IMG/VR virus record: IMGVR_UViG_3300040809_000464
Span: 1-64,000 of that record
Source: a virus
DNA length: 64,000 bases
Direction: 5' to 3' (one strand)
Part shown: in pieces, positions 9,225 to 17,976 of the stretch
Layout: every line of letters starts with the position of its first letter
How positions within the stretch are numbered: the first letter of the stretch is position 1
Position numbers and translations under genes: made by a program
The notes under the pieces: model-generated
Databases searched by the model: none
The model's input: the letters and a program-made list of their open reading frames with translations, nothing else
Told to the model about the DNA's origin: nothing

Positions 9225-9481
9225 AATTCACTTACCACTTCAATATCCACCACATCTGTATTTGATTCAAACCACACCCTCGCCCCGCAGCTCAAAGGAT
9301 TAAACGGGGAATATACAAATTTACCAAGATACTCACCAGATTTAGTCCTCAATATAGCCTCATAAGCATAGTTATTACTCTTATAAGTTTTGACCGTAAG
9401 AACTGGTAGGATATCTTCATCGTTCTCTGCTTTGATGTTCTTCTTTATATGATGCTGGTTTACATGTACGATCTGTTTCAA
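9221..9481 (-). CDS. Conserved phage hypothetical protein
   Basis: HVNQH..K.N...PVLTVKTYK.N.Y...YSP..PLSCGARVW motif recognised from other phages. Confidence 0.7.
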   Translation of the reverse strand: MKQIVHVNQHHIKKNIKAENDEDILPVLTVKTYKSNNYAYEAILRTKSGEYLGKFVYSPFNPLSCGARVWFESNTDVVDIEVVSEL

Positions 9482-9969
9482 GTTAATTCTCCTTCAGAAA
9501 TAAATTCACGTAGTTTATACACTTTAAGTTCTCCACCAGAAGCACTATCTTGTAAGAATGCATGTTGGAAAGCCTCTGGTATATCCATATTAGCAGCTAA
9601 AGCTCCCCATAGGTGATAAGCCCCAGAGCCAAACGCTAAATTCTTCTCCTCCATATCTTCTACTTTATTCTTCCAGTAGAACTTAAAAGGACCCACTTCT
9701 ATTGGGTTAGGTTCATAGATTGTAACATCACCAGTTAGTTTACTTATTATTGCAACTATGGAGTATTTAAGTCTTTTAGTTTTACCCTTCTTAAGTTTCC
9801 TTACAAAGGTATCTATCTCTTCAACACTGCCACTACCAACGGCATAACTGAATATATCAACCTCCCAACGTTTGCACATAGTATCTGTGTGCCCACTACC
9901 ATCTGTGTAAGTACCTCTGCTGTCAGTCACCACCATGTTATACTGCTTAGATATTAATATAGTTGTCAT
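9478..9969 (-). CDS. Ntn-hydrolase, HslV/proteasome-beta-like peptidase
   Basis: N-terminal M-T-T, D-S-R near residue 16, GSG, FGSGA, and D..SGG near the C-terminus. Confidence 0.75.
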   Translation of the reverse strand: MTTILISKQYNMVVTDSRGTYTDGSGHTDTMCKRWEVDIFSYAVGSGSVEEIDTFVRKLKKGKTKRLKYSIVAIISKLTGDVTIYEPNPIEVGPFKFYWKNKVEDMEEKNLAFGSGAYHLWGALAANMDIPEAFQHAFLQDSASGGELKVYKLREFISEGELT

Positions 9970-9984
9970 AGTTTCTACACACCT

Positions 9985-10431
9985 TTATAGTTCCCAAATC
10001 TCGATATCAAACTCTTTCAAGATAACCTCGCACAACTCACTCACAACGTCCCAATCACCACCAGCCAACTCTGAAGCCATCTTATAAGGAATGATCACTG
10101 TGAAGGGGTCTGCTCCTAGTGCTTTCTGTATAAGATTCAGGTAGCCTTTAACTTTAAAGAGACACCATGATAGATGTCCGTAGTGTACTTGTCTTTTATC
10201 TGTCCCTACATGTTCCTGAGCTGTTAAGTTCATCACCATATCGTTCTCATCATAAGATACGTCACCTAAGTTATGATCCTCTAAGTAAGCTCTATAGGTT
10301 TTGGGATAGGTGAGTTTAATCTGCCTAGCAATACCTGCCCCCATCACACCTTGAGCGTTACAACAATGTAGCAATACTGTATTATCCTTATGTTGGTGTC
10401 TCTTAATAGCACAACCTTTATAGTGTTTCAA
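9985..10431 (-). CDS. Macro-domain (ADP-ribose processing) protein
   Basis: HCCNAQGVMGAGIARQIK and IPYKMASELAGGDW motifs. Confidence 0.88.
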   Translation of the reverse strand: MKHYKGCAIKRHQHKDNTVLLHCCNAQGVMGAGIARQIKLTYPKTYRAYLEDHNLGDVSYDENDMVMNLTAQEHVGTDKRQVHYGHLSWCLFKVKGYLNLIQKALGADPFTVIIPYKMASELAGGDWDVVSELCEVILKEFDIEIWEL

Positions 10432-10450
10432 GTTATATTCTCCTCTAACA

Positions 10451-10498
10451 TTGACAATTCATAGAACATACTGTATCATACTGGCTATCGTAAGTCAA
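10451..10498. promoter_or_regulatory. Overlapping divergent sigma70 promoters at the strand switch
   Basis: (+) TTGACA 10451-17 bp-TATCAT 10474; (-) TTGACT 10498-17 bp-TACAGT 10475. Confidence 0.7.
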
Positions 10499-10516
10499 CA
10501 CATAAAAGGAGAAAAC

Positions 10517-10672
10517 ATGAAAAGAATACTCTTCAAAGCCTTAGGCAGTAAAGAAGGTGATACAGATAAAGAGGCTGATAAGGTGGCAATGGTCAGGCTC
10601 GTGCTTGTAAGTATCGCTCTTGTGACGAATATCCTTATCAGTGTGAACATTGTCATAGGATGGTTACAATAG
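10517..10672 (+). CDS. Small membrane protein (family seen in marine phages)
   Basis: ATG 10517 with AGGAG; KALGSK....DKEADKVA..R followed by a hydrophobic helix. Confidence 0.65.
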   Translation: MKRILFKALGSKEGDTDKEADKVAMVRLVLVSIALVTNILISVNIVIGWLQ

Positions 10673-10710
10673 ATTAGTATCTCTTATATGAATCTCTTAT
10701 AAGAAAACTC

Positions 10711-10739
10711 TTGACAAATGGTTTATGTACAAATACTAT
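10711..10739 (+). promoter_or_regulatory. Sigma70-type promoter
   Basis: TTGACA-17 bp-TACTAT. Confidence 0.7.
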
Positions 10740-10771
10740 ACTTACTATATTAATTAACAGAGAGGTAAAAT

Positions 10772-11506
10772 ATGTTTGATAAAGATAATAAATGGTTAAT
10801 GCAAGGTGATTGCCTTGAAATGATGAAGCAGATCCCTGATAGCAGTGTCGATATGATATTGACAGACCCTCCTTATGGTACTACAAAATGTAAATGGGAC
10901 TCCATTATACCTCTTGAATCTATGTGGGGACAGTTGAAAAGGGTATCAAAAGATAACAGTGCCATATTACTTTTTGCACAAACCCCTTTTGATAAGGTAC
11001 TAGGTTCAAGTAATTTACCTATGTTACGTTATGAATGGATCTGGGAGAAGACTGCCGCAACAGGTCATTTGAATGCCAAAAAGATGCCTATGAAAGCACA
11101 TGAAAATATATTAGTTTTCTATAAAAACCTCCCTAAATATAATCCAATTAAGACAAACGGTCACATTAGAAAGACCACTAAACAAGTCAGACATGAAAGC
11201 TCTCTTTACGGTAATCAAGATAGTTATACTTCTTATGATAGTACCTCCAGATACCCTAGGAGCGTACAAGAGTTCTCTAGTGATAAACAGAAAGAAAACT
11301 ACCATCCAACACAAAAACCTACAGCTTTGATCGAATACCTAATTAACACCTACACTAATAAAGGTGAAACGGTTTTAGATTTCACAATGGGTAGTGGTAC
11401 AACGGGTGTAGCTTGTAAAAACCTTGATCGTAAATTCATAGGTATAGAGTTAGATGAGAATTATTTCAATATTGCCAAGAACCGTATCGAAGGAGAAACC
11501 TTATGA
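10772..11506 (+). CDS. DNA N6-adenine/N4-cytosine methyltransferase (beta class)
   Basis: DPPY precedes HPTQKP and DFTMGSGTTG SAM-binding motif. Confidence 0.93.
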   Translation: MFDKDNKWLMQGDCLEMMKQIPDSSVDMILTDPPYGTTKCKWDSIIPLESMWGQLKRVSKDNSAILLFAQTPFDKVLGSSNLPMLRYEWIWEKTAATGHLNAKKMPMKAHENILVFYKNLPKYNPIKTNGHIRKTTKQVRHESSLYGNQDSYTSYDSTSRYPRSVQEFSSDKQKENYHPTQKPTALIEYLINTYTNKGETVLDFTMGSGTTGVACKNLDRKFIGIELDENYFNIAKNRIEGETL

Positions 11507-12066
11507 GGCGACCTAAACAGTTCAAATTTATGATATTACTTTTATCTGTACTAATCTTACTATCCTACCTCTTCACTAATGTGAGTAGTGGTCAGTCTAT
11601 AATACCATCTGATGAAGTGTGGCACTATGAAGATATACAGAAGGAGTATAGCGCTAAGAAGTTTGATACGAAAGAAGAATACCATTTCGTGTATGATGGA
11701 GATACTTTCTTCGTATCTAATAAGAAGTGTATGAAGGAAACACCAGTACTGTGCAAACGTATAGGTGTAAGGATCAGAGGAGTGGACACACCAGAGTTAC
11801 ATTCTGCTAAGTGTGAACGTGAGAGGAAGTTAGCTTTGATGGCGAGGGGTTATCTGAGATGGACTTTAGAGAGTCAAGAGTTTGAGCTGAGGAATATAGA
11901 TAGAGGTAGTCGTTTTAGGGTGATTGCTGATGTCTATATCAAGGAAGGTAATCTTCTACCATTCTTACTTGCTAAGGATTTCTATAGAGAGTATTCTGGT
12001 AAGAGTAAGCGTGAACCTTGGTGTAGTCAGAGTGAGATGGAAGCTTTTAAGAGAAACAAGAAGTAG
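11503..12066 (+). CDS. Staphylococcal-nuclease (SNase) family protein with N-terminal signal/TM segment
   Basis: YDGDT, RIRGVDTPE, FRVIADV, R.PW motifs; hydrophobic residues 9-26. Confidence 0.85.
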   Translation: MRRPKQFKFMILLLSVLILLSYLFTNVSSGQSIIPSDEVWHYEDIQKEYSAKKFDTKEEYHFVYDGDTFFVSNKKCMKETPVLCKRIGVRIRGVDTPELHSAKCERERKLALMARGYLRWTLESQEFELRNIDRGSRFRVIADVYIKEGNLLPFLLAKDFYREYSGKSKREPWCSQSEMEAFKRNKK

Positions 12067-12081
12067 ATATAGACGTATAAC

Positions 12082-12172
12082 GCTCTGTATGGCATTCTAA
12101 GAGGATATCACCTATCAAGTAGGGTCATTGTACTGGGTAAGGTGTAGAACCTCTTAGGATTGATTACAGAAA
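12082..12172. repeat. Long imperfect hairpin element, copy 1 (inverted relative to 17771-17856)
   Basis: TTCTAAGAGG/CCTCTTAGGA, TCTGTA/TACAGA and CACCT/AGGTG arms; AACCTCTTAGGATTGATT (12148-12165) is the exact reverse complement of 17783-17800. Confidence 0.8.
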
Positions 12173-12213
12173 GGGTTATACGTAGACGTATATAAACATT
12201 AAAGAGGAAACAT

Positions 12214-12891
12214 ATGAAGATTAGATTAACAGATAGTGAGACGGCAGGTTTCGATGGTGGTATTGTTGAGATTGGTTCTATAGAGATTGATAAGGATGGT
12301 AAGATACTATCCACGTATGAGACTCTAGTGAACCCTGAGAGGGAGATTGAGATTGGGGCTATGGTAGTACATAACATCACTAACGAAATGGTTGTAGAGG
12401 CTCCTACGTTTGCACAGGTGAAGCATAACATTACAGATGCAGACGTTAGTATTGCCCATAACAGCTCTTTCGATGCAAGAGTGCTTGAGATGAAGGATTA
12501 TAAGTGGTGGTGTACTTTAGGGGCTTCTCGTTTAGTGTATCCTGAGTTGAAGTGTCATAAGAACATGAGTTTGTTTTATGAACTAGGTCTGCATAAGGAA
12601 TTCTCTTTTGATGGCACTCCTCATAGAGCTTTATTTGATTGCCATGTAACGTTAGAGCTTGTACGTGATATGATGAGGAAGATGGATATGGACTTGCTTG
12701 AGTTGATGTCTTATGTAGAGGATATGGCTGGAGAGAAGATCTGTCAGTATAAGAAGTATAAGGGACTGCCTTGGAAGATTGTTCTTGAGACGGATGAAGG
12801 ATATTGTCGATGGTGTGTGGAGAATAGTCTGAAGAAGGGTCCTGAGCAGGCTGTTAGAGAGTGGTTGGTTAAGAGGTTGGGTCAGGAGTGA
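12214..12891 (+). CDS. DEDDh 3'-5' exonuclease (ExoX / DnaQ-like)
   Basis: DSETAG, AHNSSFD, HRALFD motifs; ExoX-like C-terminal KYKG.PW..V...D.GY..W. Confidence 0.9.
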   Translation: MKIRLTDSETAGFDGGIVEIGSIEIDKDGKILSTYETLVNPEREIEIGAMVVHNITNEMVVEAPTFAQVKHNITDADVSIAHNSSFDARVLEMKDYKWWCTLGASRLVYPELKCHKNMSLFYELGLHKEFSFDGTPHRALFDCHVTLELVRDMMRKMDMDLLELMSYVEDMAGEKICQYKKYKGLPWKIVLETDEGYCRWCVENSLKKGPEQAVREWLVKRLGQE

Positions 12892-12925
12892 GTGTAGAAA
12901 ATCAGGCACTATCCCAGATTAAACC

Positions 12926-12954
12926 TTGACAAATTAAAGATTCCATGTTATAAT
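12926..12954 (+). promoter_or_regulatory. Consensus sigma70 promoter with extended -10
   Basis: TTGACA-17 bp-TATAAT with TG at -15/-14. Confidence 0.85.
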
Positions 12955-12980
12955 ATTAGTGTAAGTTTAAGGAGATTTAA

Positions 12981-13157
12981 ATGTTTGCAAGATCAGAAGA
13001 TGTTACAAAAGCATTATTAGCTGGAGAAACAACAGTAAGAAAGATACGTAACAGGATCTCATATCACAGGGTTAGAGGTAACGTACCTGCTGTAATGATG
13101 TTCTTAGAGGGTATTGAATGGTACTTGTACGAGAAAGAATATAAACCTGAAGAGTAA
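12981..13157 (+). CDS. Small hypothetical protein (58 aa, absent from the ORF track)
   Basis: AAGGAG RBS; MFARSEDVTKALLAGETTVRKIRNRISYHRVRGN... Confidence 0.7.
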   Translation: MFARSEDVTKALLAGETTVRKIRNRISYHRVRGNVPAVMMFLEGIEWYLYEKEYKPEE

Positions 13158-13159
13158 AC

Positions 13160-13384
13160 AGTTTAGGTAGTTCGAGGGGGGTATCTATTTTTACAACTAA
13201 GCTACAGCCCTTATTTTATAAGGGTTTGTGCCAATTGGTAGTGTAGGAATGTTTCCAGAATATACCTTATCCTTTCTATTCTTATTATTATCTTTCTATT
13301 TCTCTTATTCTATCCTTCTCTTTAAGAGTATTCTTTAGAGATAGCTCTTTAAGTATTAACTTTAACAGTAACTTTAGAGGTTAT
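13160..13384. other. Putative replication-origin-like non-coding tract
   Basis: CCCTTAT-TTT-ATAAGGG palindrome (13208-13224), ~60-nt pyrimidine-rich strand (13265-13323), five CTTTA repeats just before the polymerase-like gene. Confidence 0.45.
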
Positions 13385-14749
13385 ATGATTTATGAATTAA
13401 GTAAATTAAATATATTTAGTATAGAGGACCTTAAACTAAAGAGTCTTAGGTATTCTCTCTATTATAACAAGAGTAAGCATTATGAAGTAGTGGTTAAATT
13501 ATTAATTAAGGAATATGGTAAGAAGTATGAACCTGATATAAGATGCTTAGTTACTAACATAGCTAAAGCATTTAAATCAAGAACAAAGTATCTTACTGTA
13601 ACACTACATGCTGCACATTATTCTAATAATATACTAGATATATCTTACCGTAAGACACGTAAACTAATATCTTTAATGGAACAAGATGGTTACATAGATA
13701 TTTATAAGGGTTTCTCTAAAGGTAAGAAGGTTAATCAAGAGTTTGAAGTATCTTTAAGTAGTGCTACAATAATTAAATTTAATAAACCTCTTGAAAATAT
13801 ATGGGAAGACAGGTATCATAAGTATGTAAATCTAATAGATTTCGATCTTATAGAAGTTAGAGACAGAGAAACTAAGAAAAGTAAAAGCACAAGAGGCTTT
13901 AAAGGTCTGTCTGATAAGAAAGCTTTTATGAAGAAGTATAATATGTTACTAGAGAATGTAGAGTTTAGTGTTATGGGTGAAATAGTTCCATCACCACTTT
14001 ACAAAAGAGTATATACAGATAATCCATCTAAAGGTGGTAGGTTCTATAACTGTGGGAATTTCCAAACTATGAAGAAAGAATTAAGACCAAGTATTAAGAT
14101 TGATGGTGAAGATACCGTATGCTTAGATTATTCCGCATTACATCCTTGTCTATGTTACAACCTTGTAGATGTCGAACTAGAAGATTGGTTCTCACCTTAT
14201 GATTGTGATACCAGTTTTATTAAGGTGGATGAAGAAAAGGTTGAAGAATTTAGGAAGAAATATAATAAGCCTAACTACGACCCTGTGAGAAACCTTGTAA
14301 AGATTGCCATGTTATGTGTGCTTAACAGTCCTGAAGGCAATGGTGAGAATAATGCTTCTGTAGCTATATTGGCAATATCTAGTAAGATCGGTCTCGACAG
14401 AGCTAAACAGAATGATGAAGAAACTGTTGGTGATTCTATGTTCTATGGTTTATGCTTTGGTAGGAAACCTATACCAGTTAAAGAACTTGTAAAGAGTATC
14501 TTGACACATAATTTCCCTATTGCAGAGTTCTTCTTTACAGATATTGGATTAGAGTTGCAACGACATGATAGTGATATGGCTGAGTACATCTTAGGGCATT
14601 TCTTACAGAAGAATGAGGTATGCCTCAGTTGGCACGATGGATTTGTTGTCAAGAAAGACTTGAAAGACGAACTCAACAGTGTTATGCTAGATGCTTACAA
14701 AGAAGTGACTGGTACAGAAAAGAATTGTAAGATTAAACAAGAGTATTAG
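13385..14749 (+). CDS. TV-Pol-type family-A polymerase (PolA/T7-RNAP superfamily, no exonuclease domain)
   Basis: GGRFY, motif A LDYSALHP, motif B RNLVK, LQRHDS, motif C WHDGFVV. Confidence 0.72.
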   Translation: MIYELSKLNIFSIEDLKLKSLRYSLYYNKSKHYEVVVKLLIKEYGKKYEPDIRCLVTNIAKAFKSRTKYLTVTLHAAHYSNNILDISYRKTRKLISLMEQDGYIDIYKGFSKGKKVNQEFEVSLSSATIIKFNKPLENIWEDRYHKYVNLIDFDLIEVRDRETKKSKSTRGFKGLSDKKAFMKKYNMLLENVEFSVMGEIVPSPLYKRVYTDNPSKGGRFYNCGNFQTMKKELRPSIKIDGEDTVCLDYSALHPCLCYNLVDVELEDWFSPYDCDTSFIKVDEEKVEEFRKKYNKPNYDPVRNLVKIAMLCVLNSPEGNGENNASVAILAISSKIGLDRAKQNDEETVGDSMFYGLCFGRKPIPVKELVKSILTHNFPIAEFFFTDIGLELQRHDSDMAEYILGHFLQKNEVCLSWHDGFVVKKDLKDELNSVMLDAYKEVTGTEKNCKIKQEY

Positions 14750-14760
14750 AGAGGTGTGAT

Positions 14761-14952
14761 ATGAACAATTTCGATGTAATTAAAAACCATATGTTTGAAG
14801 ATGAAGAGGTTGTCTTTAACAGTGATGACTTTAATGAATGTAAACGAGTATGTGATGAACTATCTAAGAACGCCTCTTATGGATATAGATATGCAGTTTA
14901 TCCTAGTGAGGTTATGCTAGCTTATGGAGGACATAATTATGGAGTGGATTAG
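14761..14952 (+). CDS. Hypothetical protein
   Basis: 63-aa ORF, GAGGTG RBS. Confidence 0.6.
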   Translation: MNNFDVIKNHMFEDEEVVFNSDDFNECKRVCDELSKNASYGYRYAVYPSEVMLAYGGHNYGVD

Positions 14953-15163
14953 TGTAGAAGATAACCTTCCAGCATTAGGCGTTCCAGTATTGACAATCTT
15001 TAGATGCGAAGCTTTAGTGTTGGTACTCTGTGAGGAACATCCTTCTTATGAGGAAACCTTTGAACCTTTTGCGTATTGGAGTGAACCCTATAGTGGGATA
15101 TTGGAACCTGACTGGTATGAAGTAACTCACTGGATGCCATTACCAGAATTACCTGAGAAGTAG
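14939..15163 (+). CDS. DUF551 family protein
   Basis: MEWISVED.LP ... VTHWMPLPE.P signature. Confidence 0.88.
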   Translation: MEWISVEDNLPALGVPVLTIFRCEALVLVLCEEHPSYEETFEPFAYWSEPYSGILEPDWYEVTHWMPLPELPEK

Positions 15164-15173
15164 AGGAGATAAA

Positions 15174-15599
15174 ATGGGTGAATATGCAGAGTATTTCTTG
15201 TATGATGTTGCTGAAGAAGAGAACCTAATAGAAAACCAATACGATTTATCTTTGGAAGAAGCTTATGATTTAGGTTTAACGGATCACTATGGAGCTACGG
15301 ATAGATTGCCTACATCTGGTTCAATGTCTCTAGAAAGCATTACGCAAGAGTTGGAACTATGTACAGCTCAGTTTGATAATTTATGCAGTAAGACTAATGG
15401 TTATTCTTATGATAATACCTTTACAGTGGTATTAAACAAATCTGCTGTAGAGAACCTTAAGAAAGCATCACCTACCTGTAATGTATGTAGCAAGCTTATG
15501 AAGAGTAGAACTGGAAAGTATGGTAAGTTTTATTATTGTTCTTGTGAGGGTCAACCTACAGTGAGTGATAGTTATTGGCAGAGTGTTAGAATTAAGTAG
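15174..15599 (+). CDS. Protein with C-terminal C4 zinc ribbon
   Basis: PTCNVCSKLMKSRTGKYGKFYYCSC; flanked by 14-bp repeat AAGTAGAGGAGATA (15158, 15594). Confidence 0.7.
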   Translation: MGEYAEYFLYDVAEEENLIENQYDLSLEEAYDLGLTDHYGATDRLPTSGSMSLESITQELELCTAQFDNLCSKTNGYSYDNTFTVVLNKSAVENLKKASPTCNVCSKLMKSRTGKYGKFYYCSCEGQPTVSDSYWQSVRIK

Positions 15600-15611
15600 A
15601 GGAGATATAAT

Positions 15612-15917
15612 ATGTGGACAAGATTTATGGATATGCATTCAGGTGGTGGGTGTAAACTAGATTGGGAATACATCTACATAGAAGCACCTGAAGAGGAAGC
15701 TATAGAGGTATTTTCTAATAAGTTTGGTCGTGACCCAGAAGATGTTACGTGTGATTGTTGTGGACCTGATTATTGTATATCGGAGTATGACACACTAGAA
15801 GAAGCAACAAGGTATGATGTAATTTCTAGCTTAGAAGAATACCTTGAAAGAGATGACGTATTTGTTATGAATAATGTAGAGATTGGTTTAGATATGGTAT
15901 TGGAGAAGATATTATGA
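15612..15917 (+). CDS. Conserved phage hypothetical protein (Cys motif)
   Basis: FMDMHSGGG.K...YIEA....TCDCCG.DY. Confidence 0.7.
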   Translation: MWTRFMDMHSGGGCKLDWEYIYIEAPEEEAIEVFSNKFGRDPEDVTCDCCGPDYCISEYDTLEEATRYDVISSLEEYLERDDVFVMNNVEIGLDMVLEKIL

Positions 15918-16123
15918 TAGTAACCAAAGTTAGATTAACAAAGAATTACGCACTCTTTAAGAAGTTACTCTTCAAAGACACGATCCTATATGTGTCTGGT
16001 GATTACCATGTAGAAGGTCATGGACGTTGCTCAGAGGTTTATTCTGAAGAAGGTACTTATCTAGGTCTTATAAGAGGTACATATGATAAGTTACCAGTAG
16101 ATATAGTATGGGGTGATGAGTAA
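15914..16123 (+). CDS. Hypothetical protein
   Basis: ATGA overlap with upstream gene. Confidence 0.6.
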   Translation: MIVTKVRLTKNYALFKKLLFKDTILYVSGDYHVEGHGRCSEVYSEEGTYLGLIRGTYDKLPVDIVWGDE

Positions 16124-16137
16124 TCTTAATAAATCCC

Positions 16138-16166
16138 TTGCAAGATTATCTTAGTAGTGTTATTCT
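16138..16166 (+). promoter_or_regulatory. Sigma70-type promoter
   Basis: TTGCAA-17 bp-TATTCT with extended TG. Confidence 0.55.
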
Positions 16167-16195
16167 TAGATGGTGTTTAATTGAGAGTAGATAAT

Positions 16196-16513
16196 ATGAA
16201 CAATAAAGTTAATGTTCCTATAGGTAACTATGAAGAACCCTATATAGAGTATAAGCTTACAGATTTCATTGATAACTTAAAGGAAGATTTAAATAAAGTT
16301 CCTGAGAATTTTGTAGATCAGGCATATATAGAAATAGAAGCTAATACAGATATGTATGGGGATACTTCTGTGAGTCTTGGTATTTATTATAAGAGACCTA
16401 AAACAGAAGAAGAGTTATCTAAAGATTATGCGTTTATGCAGACACAGGAGTATAAGCAACGTGAAAGTGATTTATCAGAATATAATAGGCTTAAAGAGAA
16501 ATTAGGATTGTAG
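16196..16513 (+). CDS. Hypothetical protein
   Basis: Likely ATG at 16196. Confidence 0.6.
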   Translation: MNNKVNVPIGNYEEPYIEYKLTDFIDNLKEDLNKVPENFVDQAYIEIEANTDMYGDTSVSLGIYYKRPKTEEELSKDYAFMQTQEYKQRESDLSEYNRLKEKLGL

Positions 16514-16526
16514 GAGAAAAGATATT

Positions 16527-16721
16527 ATGAATCTTATAAAATTAATACTACCTAGCCTTGTATTAGGACTATTACTTGCAGGGTTATCCTTGTGGTTGTA
16601 TAATATATTTGGGTATGATATTAAGAACCACCCTGATAAGTTAGGTTTAATGATTGGCACTATTTTCGCTTTTATGTGTGGAGTTATGGCTGGAGTACAC
16701 CCTGATTTCCATAAGGAGTAA
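16527..16721 (+). CDS. Small two-TM membrane protein
   Basis: Two hydrophobic stretches; AGGAG RBS. Confidence 0.65.
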   Translation: MNLIKLILPSLVLGLLLAGLSLWLYNIFGYDIKNHPDKLGLMIGTIFAFMCGVMAGVHPDFHKE

Positions 16722-16729
16722 TTTTAAAT

Positions 16730-17008
16730 ATGAAAGAAACACCAGAGGACGAATACCGTATAAAGCCAATACTTAAAAGGTTTGACATCGAAGATGAACA
16801 ACTCTATGAAGCTTTAGTCGAACAGTTTGATCGTGTATGTGGTGATTATATGAGGGTTACTAAAGATGTTAAGAATTCTATTAATTTGTCTATAAGTTGT
16901 GTCCTTAAGGTTTGTTTAGACTTTGATGAGGATGGTAAGAAACCTTTGAGAAAATCTATAAAGGACTTAGCAGATCAACTAGAAAGTTATTCACGTAAAG
17001 GGTGTTAG
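16730..17008 (+). CDS. Hypothetical protein
   Basis: AAGGAG RBS. Confidence 0.6.
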   Translation: MKETPEDEYRIKPILKRFDIEDEQLYEALVEQFDRVCGDYMRVTKDVKNSINLSISCVLKVCLDFDEDGKKPLRKSIKDLADQLESYSRKGC

Positions 17009-17020
17009 GGAGATATAGTT

Positions 17021-17224
17021 ATGAACATTTACGAACACGAAGGTAAGTATTATACAGATAGAATAGACACACCTATCGACTCATACTACGAAGAAGATCC
17101 TTCTAAGTATCACTACATGGAGGTGGAATTAAATTCTTCCTTCGAGTGGAAGATACTTATGCGAGGGAGTTATCTTAGTAAGAGAGAACCTTTAGAAGTG
17201 GTTCCTGAACAAGAGTTAGGTTGA
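17021..17224 (+). CDS. Hypothetical protein
   Basis: GGGAG RBS. Confidence 0.6.
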   Translation: MNIYEHEGKYYTDRIDTPIDSYYEEDPSKYHYMEVELNSSFEWKILMRGSYLSKREPLEVVPEQELG

Positions 17225-17269
17225 CTTATGATGTGTATAATAGGTTGAATGAAAGAGAGGAGAACAATA

Positions 17270-17761
17270 ATGAGCAATGAAAACATTAAAGAAACGACAG
17301 AACAAGTATTATCTACAGAAGCTATTTCTGAAAAGGTAGACGTAGTAGATAAACTTAATGATTCCCTTGTAAGGATGATCGAAGGTATTGAAGATGGAGC
17401 AGTATTCTTAAGTGGTGAGATCCCAGAATTTGTTAATCAACTACTTATGTGGCATCTTGTTAAGAATGGTCTGATGGCTATATTTGGTTTAATCTTTATA
17501 GGAATGTCTATATACACACTACATCTATGTTTAAAGTTCTTTAAAAAGGCAAAGAATGACCACAAAGAATGTAAAGAGTGGACTATGTACGGGAGCCATC
17601 CAGAAGTAACATCCAGTCTATATGATATTCATGGTTCTGTAATTATAGCCCCTCTAGTGTTATTTATTATAGGGCTACTAATGATGAACCTAGAATGGTT
17701 ACAGATATGGATTGCCCCTAAAGTCTGGTTAGTTGAGTATATCACTACATTAGTTAAATAA
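17270..17761 (+). CDS. Membrane protein (2 TM)
   Basis: GAGGAG RBS; EIPEFVNQLLMW and WLQIWIAPKVWLVEY motifs common in phage membrane proteins. Confidence 0.7.
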   Translation: MSNENIKETTEQVLSTEAISEKVDVVDKLNDSLVRMIEGIEDGAVFLSGEIPEFVNQLLMWHLVKNGLMAIFGLIFIGMSIYTLHLCLKFFKKAKNDHKECKEWTMYGSHPEVTSSLYDIHGSVIIAPLVLFIIGLLMMNLEWLQIWIAPKVWLVEYITTLVK

Positions 17762-17770
17762 CTTACACGT

Positions 17771-17856
17771 TAACCCTAACAGAATCAATCCTAAGAGGTT
17801 ATCTCTACAAGACCTAAGCTACCGTACCACTTAGGAGAACAACCTTCTTAGAATGC
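17771..17856. repeat. Long imperfect hairpin element, copy 2
   Basis: AATCAATCCTAAGAGGTT ... CCTAAG/CTTAGG ... TCTTAGAATGC; both ends match the reverse complement of 12092-12178. Confidence 0.8.
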
Positions 17857-17905
17857 TTTATAAGAAATATTTTAAGAAAAGTTTTGTATTTTATTAAAAT
17901 ACCAC

Positions 17906-17934
17906 TTGACAGATTTGAGATGTGATGTTATAGT
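17906..17934 (+). promoter_or_regulatory. Sigma70 promoter with extended -10
   Basis: TTGACA-17 bp-TATAGT, AT-rich upstream. Confidence 0.8.
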
Positions 17935-17976
17935 GATGCTTTGATAATAAATTGCGATAAAACGCAGAGGAGTAAA

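Noticed and set aside
10772-12066. Classical type II restriction-modification pair
   Set aside because: The nuclease is SNase-family with a membrane anchor, not a restriction endonuclease fold
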